From IMG/VR virus record IMGVR_UViG_3300037790_000024: 64,000 nucleotides of DNA; one strand, written 5' to 3'. This stretch comes from a virus. Taxonomy: Duplodnaviria; Heunggongvirae; Uroviricota; Caudoviricetes. A model generated the notes under the pieces. That model was not told where the DNA came from. It saw only the letters and a program-made list of their open reading frames with translations, and did not search any database. A program made the position numbers and the translations under genes. Shown in pieces: positions 27,602 to 35,778 of the stretch (its first letter is position 1; every line of letters begins with the position of its first letter).

Positions 27602-27928
27602 ATGATTGTAGTTAAAACTTGGATTGAGAAGAAAACTTTTAAGGATGGGAGTGTCACCTATACCCCTATGTTTGAAAAGGCTAGCTATATATTTGATAAT
27701 CCTAAATTTCACCACAAATGGCTTTCTTTCTATATAGATAAAGGAATGATAGCTTTCTCTGATCTGAAATACTTAAGCAACGAAGATTTTCCGACAGCGA
27801 GATATAAGGAGGGTAGTTTAGATCGAGCTAAACAACTAGTTGATGCTTACATCCTCTCTGAGAAGAATAGAGAGAACTGGCTTGCTTCTGTCACTGTTGA
27901 CAAAGTTGAGAAGATCAAGTATCCTTAA
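27602..27928 (+). CDS. hypothetical protein
   Basis: 108 aa. Confidence 0.5.
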   Translation: MIVVKTWIEKKTFKDGSVTYTPMFEKASYIFDNPKFHHKWLSFYIDKGMIAFSDLKYLSNEDFPTARYKEGSLDRAKQLVDAYILSEKNRENWLASVTVDKVEKIKYP

Positions 27929-27947
27929 GTTTTTGTAAGGAGGATTT

Positions 27948-28208
27948 ATGAAATACCCACAATTGATTATATTGCCTGTCAGGGATATTGAGTTAGATTT
28001 ATCTACTCTTAGGGGAGTGTCTATGCATTGGGTGTTTCATGCCCATTTTGTATATGTGTATAATCCAGAAACACTAGAGGGCAAACTTATAAAAAACAGA
28101 GATGTATCTTACTACAACCCTTATATGAGGTATGATGTTTTTTGGGACTACTTAAATTACTGCATGAAAAGAAGAGAGGTGTGGAATGAGCAACATTCTC
28201 GTAAATAA
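27948..28208 (+). CDS. hypothetical protein
   Basis: 86 aa, RBS aaggaggatttATG. Confidence 0.45.
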   Translation: MKYPQLIILPVRDIELDLSTLRGVSMHWVFHAHFVYVYNPETLEGKLIKNRDVSYYNPYMRYDVFWDYLNYCMKRREVWNEQHSRK

Positions 28209-28575
28209 AATGATTACTCCAGATGGTACTGCCATACAAAGTATGTACAGGCATGATTATGTTGAATATGAAGACACTGTTTCTGGAGAAACCTATGTTG
28301 TCGATGGAGGTATAGATTATTTCCGTCATTCTATGAATAAAATAAAACCTACTTTTGTGTTTCTTACTGAAAAAGATCCTATTGAGGAAATCAGAGAGCA
28401 CTTCCTTTGGGGTACTTACGGTATTAACGGGGATCAACGTTTGTTTTTTGTTTTGCTTAAAGACATGAGTGAAGATCACATCAGGAATGTTTTGAGAGAC
28501 TGTGGGATGCCTGAGAGGATGGAGAATATGTTTTTGGCAGAGTTGACTTATAGGAGAGAGAATGGAATCACTTAA
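28186..28575 (+). CDS. hypothetical protein
   Basis: 129 aa. Confidence 0.5.
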   Translation: MSNILVNKMITPDGTAIQSMYRHDYVEYEDTVSGETYVVDGGIDYFRHSMNKIKPTFVFLTEKDPIEEIREHFLWGTYGINGDQRLFFVLLKDMSEDHIRNVLRDCGMPERMENMFLAELTYRRENGIT

Positions 28576-28771
28576 ATGGGCTTATGATTCTTCGGATTGT
28601 CTTGTTATCACCAACGGCTCGGAGTTTATAGGTTTTAGCACAGCAAGCATAGAACAGTTCAAGTGGCTTTTTAACAAAGGTGCTGTTTATTTTGACATGT
28701 TTGAACCTTATACTAAAGACAAGGTAGAACAATATGGTCTTAAAGAAATCTCAGATTGGAGGGATGTGTAG
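28562..28771 (+). CDS. hypothetical protein
   Basis: 69 aa. Confidence 0.45.
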   Translation: MESLKWAYDSSDCLVITNGSEFIGFSTASIEQFKWLFNKGAVYFDMFEPYTKDKVEQYGLKEISDWRDV

Positions 28772-29010
28772 TGAAAATTGTTAATCAAAGCTTACCAACA
28801 CCTAAGTTTACATTGAAGGATGTTCCTGTAGGAGAATGTTTTGTTTTCCCTAATGCAGTGGGCATCCCTCATATTAGATGTACTCCTTTTTCAGAGGATG
28901 ATTACACAGCTTACTGTGTTAATTTAAGTGATGGAGTTGCTCACTTGGAAGATTTATCTGTTGAAGTAATTCCTGTGGACTCATATCTATTATTTCAGGG
29001 GGAAAATTAA
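28756..29010 (+). CDS. hypothetical protein
   Basis: 84 aa. Confidence 0.45.
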   Translation: MEGCVVKIVNQSLPTPKFTLKDVPVGECFVFPNAVGIPHIRCTPFSEDDYTAYCVNLSDGVAHLEDLSVEVIPVDSYLLFQGEN

Positions 29011-29186
29011 TGGGAGGAGATTACCAAGAACAAAAGTATGTAGCTATTAGTGACTTTGAAGGAGCTTTTGTTGGCACTTTTAGCGAAATTGAGGAATGGA
29101 TGCAGGAAATTTCTGTTTCTATTCTGGAGTGTGAATTCTATGAGCTTGGCTCCAAAGTTAAAGTGGGGCTAGGGATTAAGAAATGA
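29010..29186 (+). CDS. hypothetical protein (58 aa)
   Basis: MGGDYQEQKYVAISDF...; ATG overlaps previous stop (TAATGG); manual. Confidence 0.35.
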   Translation: MGGDYQEQKYVAISDFEGAFVGTFSEIEEWMQEISVSILECEFYELGSKVKVGLGIKK

Positions 29187-29353
29187 AACAGAATAACTGG
29201 GTAGCTAAGCACAACCCTCATAGAGGTGGGGTGCATGGCAAGACAACTAAAGCTGAACGTAAAGACGTTAAGGATCACTTAACTCAACACGCTTTAGATG
29301 AGTGGGAGGCCGCCCAAGAAAAAGAGGAGGAGCAGTATGCAGAAAAAGATTGA
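29183..29353 (+). CDS. hypothetical protein (56 aa)
   Basis: MKQNNWVAKHNPHRGG...; ATGA overlap; manual. Confidence 0.35.
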   Translation: MKQNNWVAKHNPHRGGVHGKTTKAERKDVKDHLTQHALDEWEAAQEKEEEQYAEKD

Positions 29354-29465
29354 TTACTATCTACTCTCTATCAAGTATTGGCTACAAGGAGATGAATGGG
29401 CAGAGGCTCAGGCTTTTGCTGAAAGACTTGTGTATGGATTTAAGGAGGATGAAGATGAACTTTGA
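29337..29465 (+). CDS. hypothetical protein (42 aa)
   Basis: MQKKIDYYLLSIKYW...; manual. Confidence 0.3.
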   Translation: MQKKIDYYLLSIKYWLQGDEWAEAQAFAERLVYGFKEDEDEL

Positions 29466-29751
29466 GAATATTCACCCTAGTGCTATTAGTGCTGGGGATA
29501 TTTTTTATGAGTGCGAGATGGGTCTTAACATGAAAGTAGAGGCTATCACCACTCCTAAAGAAGTGGCAGAAGGAGAATGGGAGTGGAGGGGAGAGAATGT
29601 TTACACAGGAGTTCCTATTCAATACCGTTGGTCTGAAAAGCTTTCTCATTATAGTCCAAGGCTGTATGCTCTCCCTCAATATTTCACCATAAAAGACGGT
29701 GTTCCTGTTTTTGAAATTGTTGGAGGAGGAGAGGAACGTTATGAGAGTTGA
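29455..29751 (+). CDS. hypothetical protein
   Basis: Start MNFENIH after RBS aaggagg (track ORF starts 29302). Confidence 0.45.
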   Translation: MNFENIHPSAISAGDIFYECEMGLNMKVEAITTPKEVAEGEWEWRGENVYTGVPIQYRWSEKLSHYSPRLYALPQYFTIKDGVPVFEIVGGGEERYES

Positions 29752-29926
29752 TATTCCCTCTGGGGCTATTAATCCTCTTGTTGTGGCTTCTTTAAAAGAA
29801 GCTAAAGAGTGCTTCAACATTCCTTGCAGAGTTCCTAAGGTTTCTTTTGACATTAAAGAAGAAAAGAAGTATATTAAAAAGATGAACAAAGCTTTTGATC
29901 TTCTTATTGATTACTACGGAGGATAG
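29741..29926 (+). CDS. hypothetical protein
   Basis: Start MRVDIPSG, RBS ggaggagaggaacgttATG. Confidence 0.45.
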   Translation: MRVDIPSGAINPLVVASLKEAKECFNIPCRVPKVSFDIKEEKKYIKKMNKAFDLLIDYYGG

Positions 29927-29927
29927 T

Positions 29928-30179
29928 ATGGAACTTTGTAACCACAAACACTCTTGGAAAGGAAGGTGCTGCTGCAACTGCAAGTTTCAATGTCAGATTG
30001 TAGAGCACGTTGCTAACTCCGATCACTTCTCTCATTGGGGTTGTTCAATGATGCACGTTGTCCATCAGATTTATAAACAAGAGGGTATGTCTGATCCAGA
30101 AGACGTAGGAGTGGTTGTTAAGATGAAAGATGAACACGGTATTTGTGAAATGCATGAATGGAGGAACAATGTTTCATAG
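29928..30179 (+). CDS. Cys-rich small protein
   Basis: MELCNHKHSWKGRCCCNCKFQC. Confidence 0.45.
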   Translation: MELCNHKHSWKGRCCCNCKFQCQIVEHVANSDHFSHWGCSMMHVVHQIYKQEGMSDPEDVGVVVKMKDEHGICEMHEWRNNVS

Positions 30180-30387
30180 ATTCAAAAACAGACTTATTAT
30201 TCTACCACTGTTAATAATCATTCCTGTAGTGGCTCTTGTAGTAGGCACTGTAGATGGTTGTTGGGAGATTATAACGACAGGTTCTTACACAGAAACTTGG
30301 GAGTGGTTAAAAGAGGGTTGGAGTATTTTTAAAGAAGGTGTAGTTATTTTCTGGAAAGGGGGAGATCCTAGTGAAAATATTATTTAA
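30169..30387 (+). CDS. membrane protein
   Basis: MFHRFKNRLIILPLLIIIPVVALVVG TM helix. Confidence 0.45.
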   Translation: MFHRFKNRLIILPLLIIIPVVALVVGTVDGCWEIITTGSYTETWEWLKEGWSIFKEGVVIFWKGGDPSENII

Positions 30388-31336
30388 AGGACTATTTGGA
30401 AGTCACTTGTACGGACTTAATACAGAGAACAGTGACAGAGACTATAAAGCTGTATACCTGCCAGAGCCTGAGGATATTATCCTAGGTAGAGCTAAGGGAA
30501 GTATTTCTCACTCTACAGGCGGGAGTGATAGCAAGAATTCCTCAGAAGATGTAGACACAGAGTATTTTTCTCTTCAAGAGTTTGTCAAACTGGCTTGTCA
30601 GGGACAAACTGTAGCTATTGATATGCTTCACACCCCTCCTAGCCTAACTTTGGAAACTAGTGAGATCTGGGAACATCTTGTCTCTCATCGTCAATTATTC
30701 TATTCTAAAAATATGGACTCCTTTATGGGCTACGTTAAGAAACAGGCTGCTAAATACGGGATTAAAGGAAGTAAGGTAGCTGCATTGCAAGAGATTCTTG
30801 ATGTGATTGAAGAGGAAATGGATACAAACGGAGATATTCCTGATATATCTTATCTGCGTCATTCTCTGCCTGTCAATGAATATTGTTTCTGGGTGGATGA
30901 AGAAAACAACGGACAGAGCTTTTATTCGGTGAATGGGTCTTGGATGCATGATGTAATTTCTGTAGGGGAACTCCAGTCTAGAGTGCAAAAGCAGTATGAC
31001 AATTATGGACACAGAGCAAAACAAGCCGCTAATAATGAAGGTATTGATTGGAAAGCAATTAGTCATGCTCTAAGAGCTGGGTATCAACTTTACCATATTT
31101 TTGTAGAGGGAGATTTTGAATATCCTCTGATAGAAACCTACTACCTTAAGCAAGTTAAGGCTGGAGAGCTAGACTATACAACAAATGTTGCAGAGGAGCT
31201 GGAGCTTCTTGTGGAGATGTTAGATGCTAAAAGTGCTGAAGCACCTTTCCCAGAAAAGGTAGATTTTCAATACTGGGATGAATGGGTGTATTCTGTCTAC
31301 CTACAACATATTTTATTAGAGGAGGGGCTGCTATGA
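30371..31336 (+). CDS. nucleotidyltransferase (Pol-beta superfamily minimal NTase fold; resembles 'predicted nucleotidyltransferase' PF10127-type)
   Basis: N-terminal hG[GS]x9-13 DxD motif: LFGSHLYGLNTENSDRDYKAVYLP; GTG start with RBS; 321 aa. Confidence 0.6.
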   Translation: MKILFKGLFGSHLYGLNTENSDRDYKAVYLPEPEDIILGRAKGSISHSTGGSDSKNSSEDVDTEYFSLQEFVKLACQGQTVAIDMLHTPPSLTLETSEIWEHLVSHRQLFYSKNMDSFMGYVKKQAAKYGIKGSKVAALQEILDVIEEEMDTNGDIPDISYLRHSLPVNEYCFWVDEENNGQSFYSVNGSWMHDVISVGELQSRVQKQYDNYGHRAKQAANNEGIDWKAISHALRAGYQLYHIFVEGDFEYPLIETYYLKQVKAGELDYTTNVAEELELLVEMLDAKSAEAPFPEKVDFQYWDEWVYSVYLQHILLEEGLL

Positions 31337-31794
31337 GAGTGGTACAAGGAGATTTGTTTGAAGCCTTTAGGCTAGGCGTTGTAGATGCTATTGCCCACTG
31401 TGTAAACTGCAAAGGTGTTATGGGTAGTGGAGTGGCTTTACAGATGAAGGAAATCTACCCTGAGGTGTATAGAGTGTATAAAGATTTTGTGCAGGATTGC
31501 ATTTCGGAGGGCTATGTGCCTTTAGGAGAAAGCTTAGAAGTACACACCCAACACGGAGTTGTTTACAATTTGTTTGGACAAGAATATTATGGGAGGGATC
31601 AAAGACATCTTGATTATGGTGCTTTAGCAGACTCTCTAATAGGTATGTCTGTAGATCTTCCTGAGGGAACTACTGTAGGCTTTCCCTACAAGATTGGTTG
31701 TGATAGAGCTGGAGGCAACTGGGAGGTTGTACAAGAGATTATTTTCCACTTCCTAGAACGGGAAGGAATTAACGTAGTATTTTATCAGTTATGA
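31333..31794 (+). CDS. macro domain protein (ADP-ribose / Appr-1''-p processing)
   Basis: VVDAIAHCVNCKGVMGSGVALQ matches macro-domain glycine-rich loop (cf. AIVNAAN..LLGGGGVDGAI); ATGA overlap with upstream NTase. Confidence 0.7.
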   Translation: MRVVQGDLFEAFRLGVVDAIAHCVNCKGVMGSGVALQMKEIYPEVYRVYKDFVQDCISEGYVPLGESLEVHTQHGVVYNLFGQEYYGRDQRHLDYGALADSLIGMSVDLPEGTTVGFPYKIGCDRAGGNWEVVQEIIFHFLEREGINVVFYQL

Positions 31795-32951
31795 TTTTAG
31801 TAGGAAGTAGAGCCGCTAAATACTGGGGAATAAACAGAAGTGAGCCTAAAGACACAGATGTTTGGTATAGAGGAGAGCAACCTGAAGCTGTCCCCCACCA
31901 AGATAGTTTTTACTGTCCAGAACACATCTATGATTTGATGGAAGTAGATGAGAAAGGAGTAGCCACTCCAGATTGTCTGTACACCCTTAAGTGTTCTCAT
32001 TTAGGGGTTAATGCACATATAGAAAATGAGCGTATCTGGTGGAAGCATGTAAAAGATATTCTCTGGTTTAAAGAAGAACATTGCTGTATTCTTATTCCTG
32101 ACTTATATAAGGCACTGGTGGAATACTGGCTATCCTCTGGTAAGGATAAAGACCATTTATCCCTTAAAATGGATAAAGAAGACTTCTTTAATGACTTTGT
32201 AGAATATCGCTATGATCATGATTATCTACATGAGCTTGTAGCATACCCAAATACCCCTGTGTATGAAAAGTGTCTTAAAGAAGGGGAAGAAGTTCTACTT
32301 GACAAACAGTTGTTTGACAGGTTAGACTACTGTGACAAAATAAGAATGTTCAGAGAAGAGATAACTGTCATAGCTTGTGAAAGATGGTTGTTAAATCCAA
32401 AGAACACATTGAGTTGGTATCAGGCATACCATGAAAGCCTGAAAAAGACAATCACTCGTTTAACAAAAAACTGGGCTTGTGATTTCATTATTATGAACTT
32501 AGAGGAATTTGTGATCCCTGAGTTTAGTTATTTTAAACATATACTAGAAACTTTAAAGGAGGAATTAATGCCTAAAGTAGATTTAGAGGTATTTGAAAAA
32601 TTGAAAAAAGCACTTCAGTCAGAAGAAGGTCTAGGTCATTTAGTTATAGACTTAGCTGAAGCAGAGGAGTGGATGGATTACTCTGAACCTCAAATAGGAA
32701 GTGGATTAGGGTGGCAAGAACGGAGAGATAAGATCAAGGAAGTATTAGACTCCTTTGGATATGTCCACTTAGATCAAGAAGGTGGAGGAGAAGGTGGTAG
32801 TGAATACTGTTATGGGGTGTTTAAGCTGGGAGAAAAATTTTATCGTGCTGAATACTCCTATTATTCTCATCATGGATATGAGTATGATGGTATCGTAGAT
32901 ACCCTTCGAGAAGTTAAACCTGTTGAGAAGACAATCACAGTGTACGAATAA
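31791..32951 (+). CDS. second NTase-like protein (386 aa) with N-terminal GS...DxD motif and unknown C-terminal domain
   Basis: LVGSRAAKYWGINRSEPKDTDVWY; ATGA overlap with macro gene. Confidence 0.55.
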   Translation: MILVGSRAAKYWGINRSEPKDTDVWYRGEQPEAVPHQDSFYCPEHIYDLMEVDEKGVATPDCLYTLKCSHLGVNAHIENERIWWKHVKDILWFKEEHCCILIPDLYKALVEYWLSSGKDKDHLSLKMDKEDFFNDFVEYRYDHDYLHELVAYPNTPVYEKCLKEGEEVLLDKQLFDRLDYCDKIRMFREEITVIACERWLLNPKNTLSWYQAYHESLKKTITRLTKNWACDFIIMNLEEFVIPEFSYFKHILETLKEELMPKVDLEVFEKLKKALQSEEGLGHLVIDLAEAEEWMDYSEPQIGSGLGWQERRDKIKEVLDSFGYVHLDQEGGGEGGSEYCYGVFKLGEKFYRAEYSYYSHHGYEYDGIVDTLREVKPVEKTITVYE

Positions 32952-32973
32952 GGAAAATCCTTATATGGAAAGA

Positions 32974-32997
32974 GCCTATCCCTGATAGGCTTTTTTT
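32974..32997 (+). terminator. rho-independent terminator
   Basis: GCCTAT-ccctg-ATAGGC then TTTTTTT. Confidence 0.65.
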
Positions 32998-33069
32998 ATG
33001 TCTGTGATATAATACTGTAGAGGAAATAGAGAAATGTTTCCTGTAACTTAACTAACAAAGGAGAATACT

Positions 33070-33141
33070 ATGTGGACTAAACCAGAATACTCAGACATGC
33101 GTTTCGGTTTTGAAGTGACAATGTACGTTGCCAACCGATAA
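33070..33141 (+). CDS. pqqA-like: PqqA-like 23-aa peptide (orphan PQQ-precursor-like gene)
   Basis: MWTKPEYSDMRFGFEVTMYVANR matches PqqA consensus MW.KP...D.R.G.EVT.Y..NR including the cross-linked E and Y; strong RBS aaaggagaatactATG; extended -10 TGaTATAAT at about 33005-33013. Confidence 0.4.
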   Translation: MWTKPEYSDMRFGFEVTMYVANR

Positions 33142-33152
33142 AACCTGTAGAT

Positions 33153-33192
33153 AAAAGAAAACCCCCTTGGATTGCTCCTTGGGGGTTTTTTA
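33153..33192. terminator. bidirectional rho-independent terminator between convergent blocks
   Basis: AAAA-CCCCC...GGGGG-TTTTTT; sits between the PqqA-like gene (+) and the gene ending at 33204 (-). Confidence 0.6.
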
Positions 33193-33203
33193 TTGTCTGG
33201 AGA

Positions 33204-33665
33204 TTAGTTAGAAAGTTTTCCTGTGAGTAGATACCTAAGTCTCTGCCAGAATGTAGCAGACTCTACTAAAGATAGCTCGCTTCTGGTTTCTTCCAACTCT
33301 TTAGAACACCACCACCATTTATTTCTCCACCTATCTTTTGCCTCGTCAGCTTGTTTTACATATTGTTCTACAGAATCTATGTAATCTCTGACAAAACCCA
33401 GCTTTTTCCAAGTTTCTTGAGAGACAGCGAAGCTCTCCTCTACAAATCGGATTATTCCGGTGTACTCATCTCTCACAGCTCTTTTAAAAGTTCTTACAGG
33501 GACAGATACTATGTCTGCCCCTTGATCTAAAGGCATTTCCTGAGGGGCAGCTTGTTGGGGATTCAGGAGCCTCTCCGTCTCAGGATTATATACAAAATAC
33601 TGAAATCTATCCCCTCTTACATCGTGAAACTCTACCTCAATATCTCTAAGGAATTTTACTCTCAT
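33204..33665 (-). CDS. hypothetical protein
   Basis: 153 aa. Confidence 0.5.
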   Translation of the reverse strand: MRVKFLRDIEVEFHDVRGDRFQYFVYNPETERLLNPQQAAPQEMPLDQGADIVSVPVRTFKRAVRDEYTGIIRFVEESFAVSQETWKKLGFVRDYIDSVEQYVKQADEAKDRWRNKWWWCSKELEETRSELSLVESATFWQRLRYLLTGKLSN

Positions 33666-33731
33666 ATTTCCTCCTTACATACAAAAAAGCCGCTACAATA
33701 GTAACGGCTATTTGCATAAATGTCAAATTGT

Positions 33732-34145
33732 TTAATGAACCTTGTCGGGATCTGCAATAGAAGTGATTCGGGGGTCTGAGTCAATCTCATCCTTTTCTTC
33801 TTCCACTCCCCCTGCAACACTTCTATCCACTTCTGCAATAAGGTTTTCCAACCAACCTAGTGCCAGATCTTCCATCTCTGTCTCAAGATCAATAGCGTAC
33901 ACCTTCATATCTTCTTCTTTCTCTGCCACAAAAGAAGGAGTCATGATGTGAACATGCAGCACTTCTTCCAGCATCATAGGATAGAACAGGATACCTCGGT
34001 GCATGGCTTGTGTAGGGTTACTACAAGCTCTTACCATAGCTTCCAGCACCTCTTGCTGGGTTAGAGGATTTTCTTGGTTCATATTAAGTTTGTTAAGCTG
34101 TGTAATAGCAGCTTCCAGTTGGTTCATGTCATAAGTGATTCTCAT
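33732..34145 (-). CDS. hypothetical acidic protein
   Basis: 137 aa. Confidence 0.5.
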   Translation of the reverse strand: MRITYDMNQLEAAITQLNKLNMNQENPLTQQEVLEAMVRACSNPTQAMHRGILFYPMMLEEVLHVHIMTPSFVAEKEEDMKVYAIDLETEMEDLALGWLENLIAEVDRSVAGGVEEEKDEIDSDPRITSIADPDKVH

Positions 34146-34153
34146 AATGTCTC

Positions 34154-34723
34154 CTATTTTGATAATAATTTGTAATCTGGGAAATACTTCTTCATCTTAG
34201 GCAGATGATTTGCCTGAGAGTGCTCTTTCTGGCTCTCAGACAACTCTGACTCAAAGAATGTGATGGTCTTATTCTCTATATCTCTCAAAAACTCTATAGA
34301 GGGAATAAGTGCCACTTTTGAAGTAGGGTTCCAACTATACACCCTATTAATTCCTGTGTCAATATGATCTACTACAGCACGATCAAATCTATCCTTAATA
34401 CTATAAGGATCACAGAACATAATTTGGAAGTTTTCTCCTTCCCACCTAAAAGAAATAATTCTGTTTATTGTAAAATTGTTTCCTTGGTAGTATTCCGTGT
34501 TTACATCTTGAAGTATATTTAGAGGTTCTTCTAAAGCTTTCTCTAAAGCATTCTTCTCATCTCCTGCAAAGGTTCTAAGATAGATGTCAATATCATTGCA
34601 GGGTTTTCCCATCCACCAATCTCTACAGGCTCCCCCCGCAACAACTGCCTCTTCATCTACAAGATCGTGAATCCTCTCTAAAAACAAAGAGGCCACTTCC
34701 ATTTGTTTTTCTATTCTATCCAC
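34154..34723 (-). CDS. hypothetical protein
   Basis: 189 aa. Confidence 0.5.
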   Translation of the reverse strand: MDRIEKQMEVASLFLERIHDLVDEEAVVAGGACRDWWMGKPCNDIDIYLRTFAGDEKNALEKALEEPLNILQDVNTEYYQGNNFTINRIISFRWEGENFQIMFCDPYSIKDRFDRAVVDHIDTGINRVYSWNPTSKVALIPSIEFLRDIENKTITFFESELSESQKEHSQANHLPKMKKYFPDYKLLSK

Positions 34724-35030
34724 TTCTCCCCCTGTGTAGTTTATCCATAAGTTCTTCCCCCACTACTCTTACCCTCAAAGGATAGTCTTCCATCCTAAGG
34801 TTGTAAGCAGTGCCTGCTTTGAGCATATCTTTAGTTACGAGATGTTTGTGCATGTGCTCTATATCTTCGTAGTTTTTAAGAAGATACAAAGCCATTTTAT
34901 CATACACTTCGTCTGAAAGTATACTCTCATAACGGCAGTAGTAGCAATAGCTGGCTATTAGAAACCAGCTAAGTGCATTTTTCTTACCGTTTTTAAAAGC
35001 CTCTCGTGCTTCTTGGTCAAAGTTGTCCAT
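34716..35030 (-). CDS. hypothetical protein
   Basis: 104 aa. Confidence 0.45.
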   Translation of the reverse strand: MDNFDQEAREAFKNGKKNALSWFLIASYCYYCRYESILSDEVYDKMALYLLKNYEDIEHMHKHLVTKDMLKAGTAYNLRMEDYPLRVRVVGEELMDKLHRGRSG

Positions 35031-35535
35031 AGTCTACCTTAATAGTACCTAAATCTCTAAATTCTTCATAGAAATCATAGTCTAAAGAGCCTAAATAAGT
35101 AACTACGCTACCTTTAGTCACACCTTTCTTCTTAGTACCATCTGGGAGGTAATAGTTGGTTCTACCATGTATGTAGCACTGAGGATACTCTAAAAGAGGT
35201 CTAAACCAAGCTTCACTAGTAGCAGCAAAGGTTATGCAGCAAGCTTGATCAATATTTCCTTTCTCATATTCTGCCACAAGTTTTTCTATTGCTCTTTTAT
35301 TATAGTCCCTTCCGAAAGGATGATTCATCCAGACATTCCCAAACCAATCTTTAGTGAAAGCATCATCTTCTTCAGTAAAGAAGAAGTCTGCCCCCACTCG
35401 CTTGTTTGCAACAGCACTACTAAAGGGATCTAGAGTTATACTCCCCATAGCAGCTCTAGCTCTCTCTACTATATCTTCAGGGGTGTACCACTCAAAATTA
35501 CCACTGTCCTGATTAATTAATTGAGCACTATCCAT
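35017..35535 (-). CDS. DNA N6-adenine methyltransferase, phage Dam family (PF05869-like)
   Basis: NFEWYTPEDIVERARAAMGSITLDPFSS and VWMNHPFG (N/D-PP-Y/F-like) motifs. Confidence 0.55.
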   Translation of the reverse strand: MDSAQLINQDSGNFEWYTPEDIVERARAAMGSITLDPFSSAVANKRVGADFFFTEEDDAFTKDWFGNVWMNHPFGRDYNKRAIEKLVAEYEKGNIDQACCITFAATSEAWFRPLLEYPQCYIHGRTNYYLPDGTKKKGVTKGSVVTYLGSLDYDFYEEFRDLGTIKVDYGQL

Positions 35536-35778
35536 TTAGTATCCTTGAATCAAAACAATCTTAATATGTTCTTCTGGATCAAGATCTTCCTCGGCTACAC
35601 ACTCAGCCATGTATTCACTCTCGTAAATATATTCTTCACCTACCCAAGTAGCTGACATGGCATATTGACCATGATCAGCCTCTACCCTAACCTCCATCTC
35701 TGGATCAAGGTTTTCCAACTGTTTAATTAATTCTCTCACTTTCATATTAAAACTCCTCGTTATAACTACCAACATCAA
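35536..35778 (-). CDS. hypothetical acidic protein
   Basis: 80 aa. Confidence 0.4.
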   Translation of the reverse strand: MMLVVITRSFNMKVRELIKQLENLDPEMEVRVEADHGQYAMSATWVGEEYIYESEYMAECVAEEDLDPEEHIKIVLIQGY

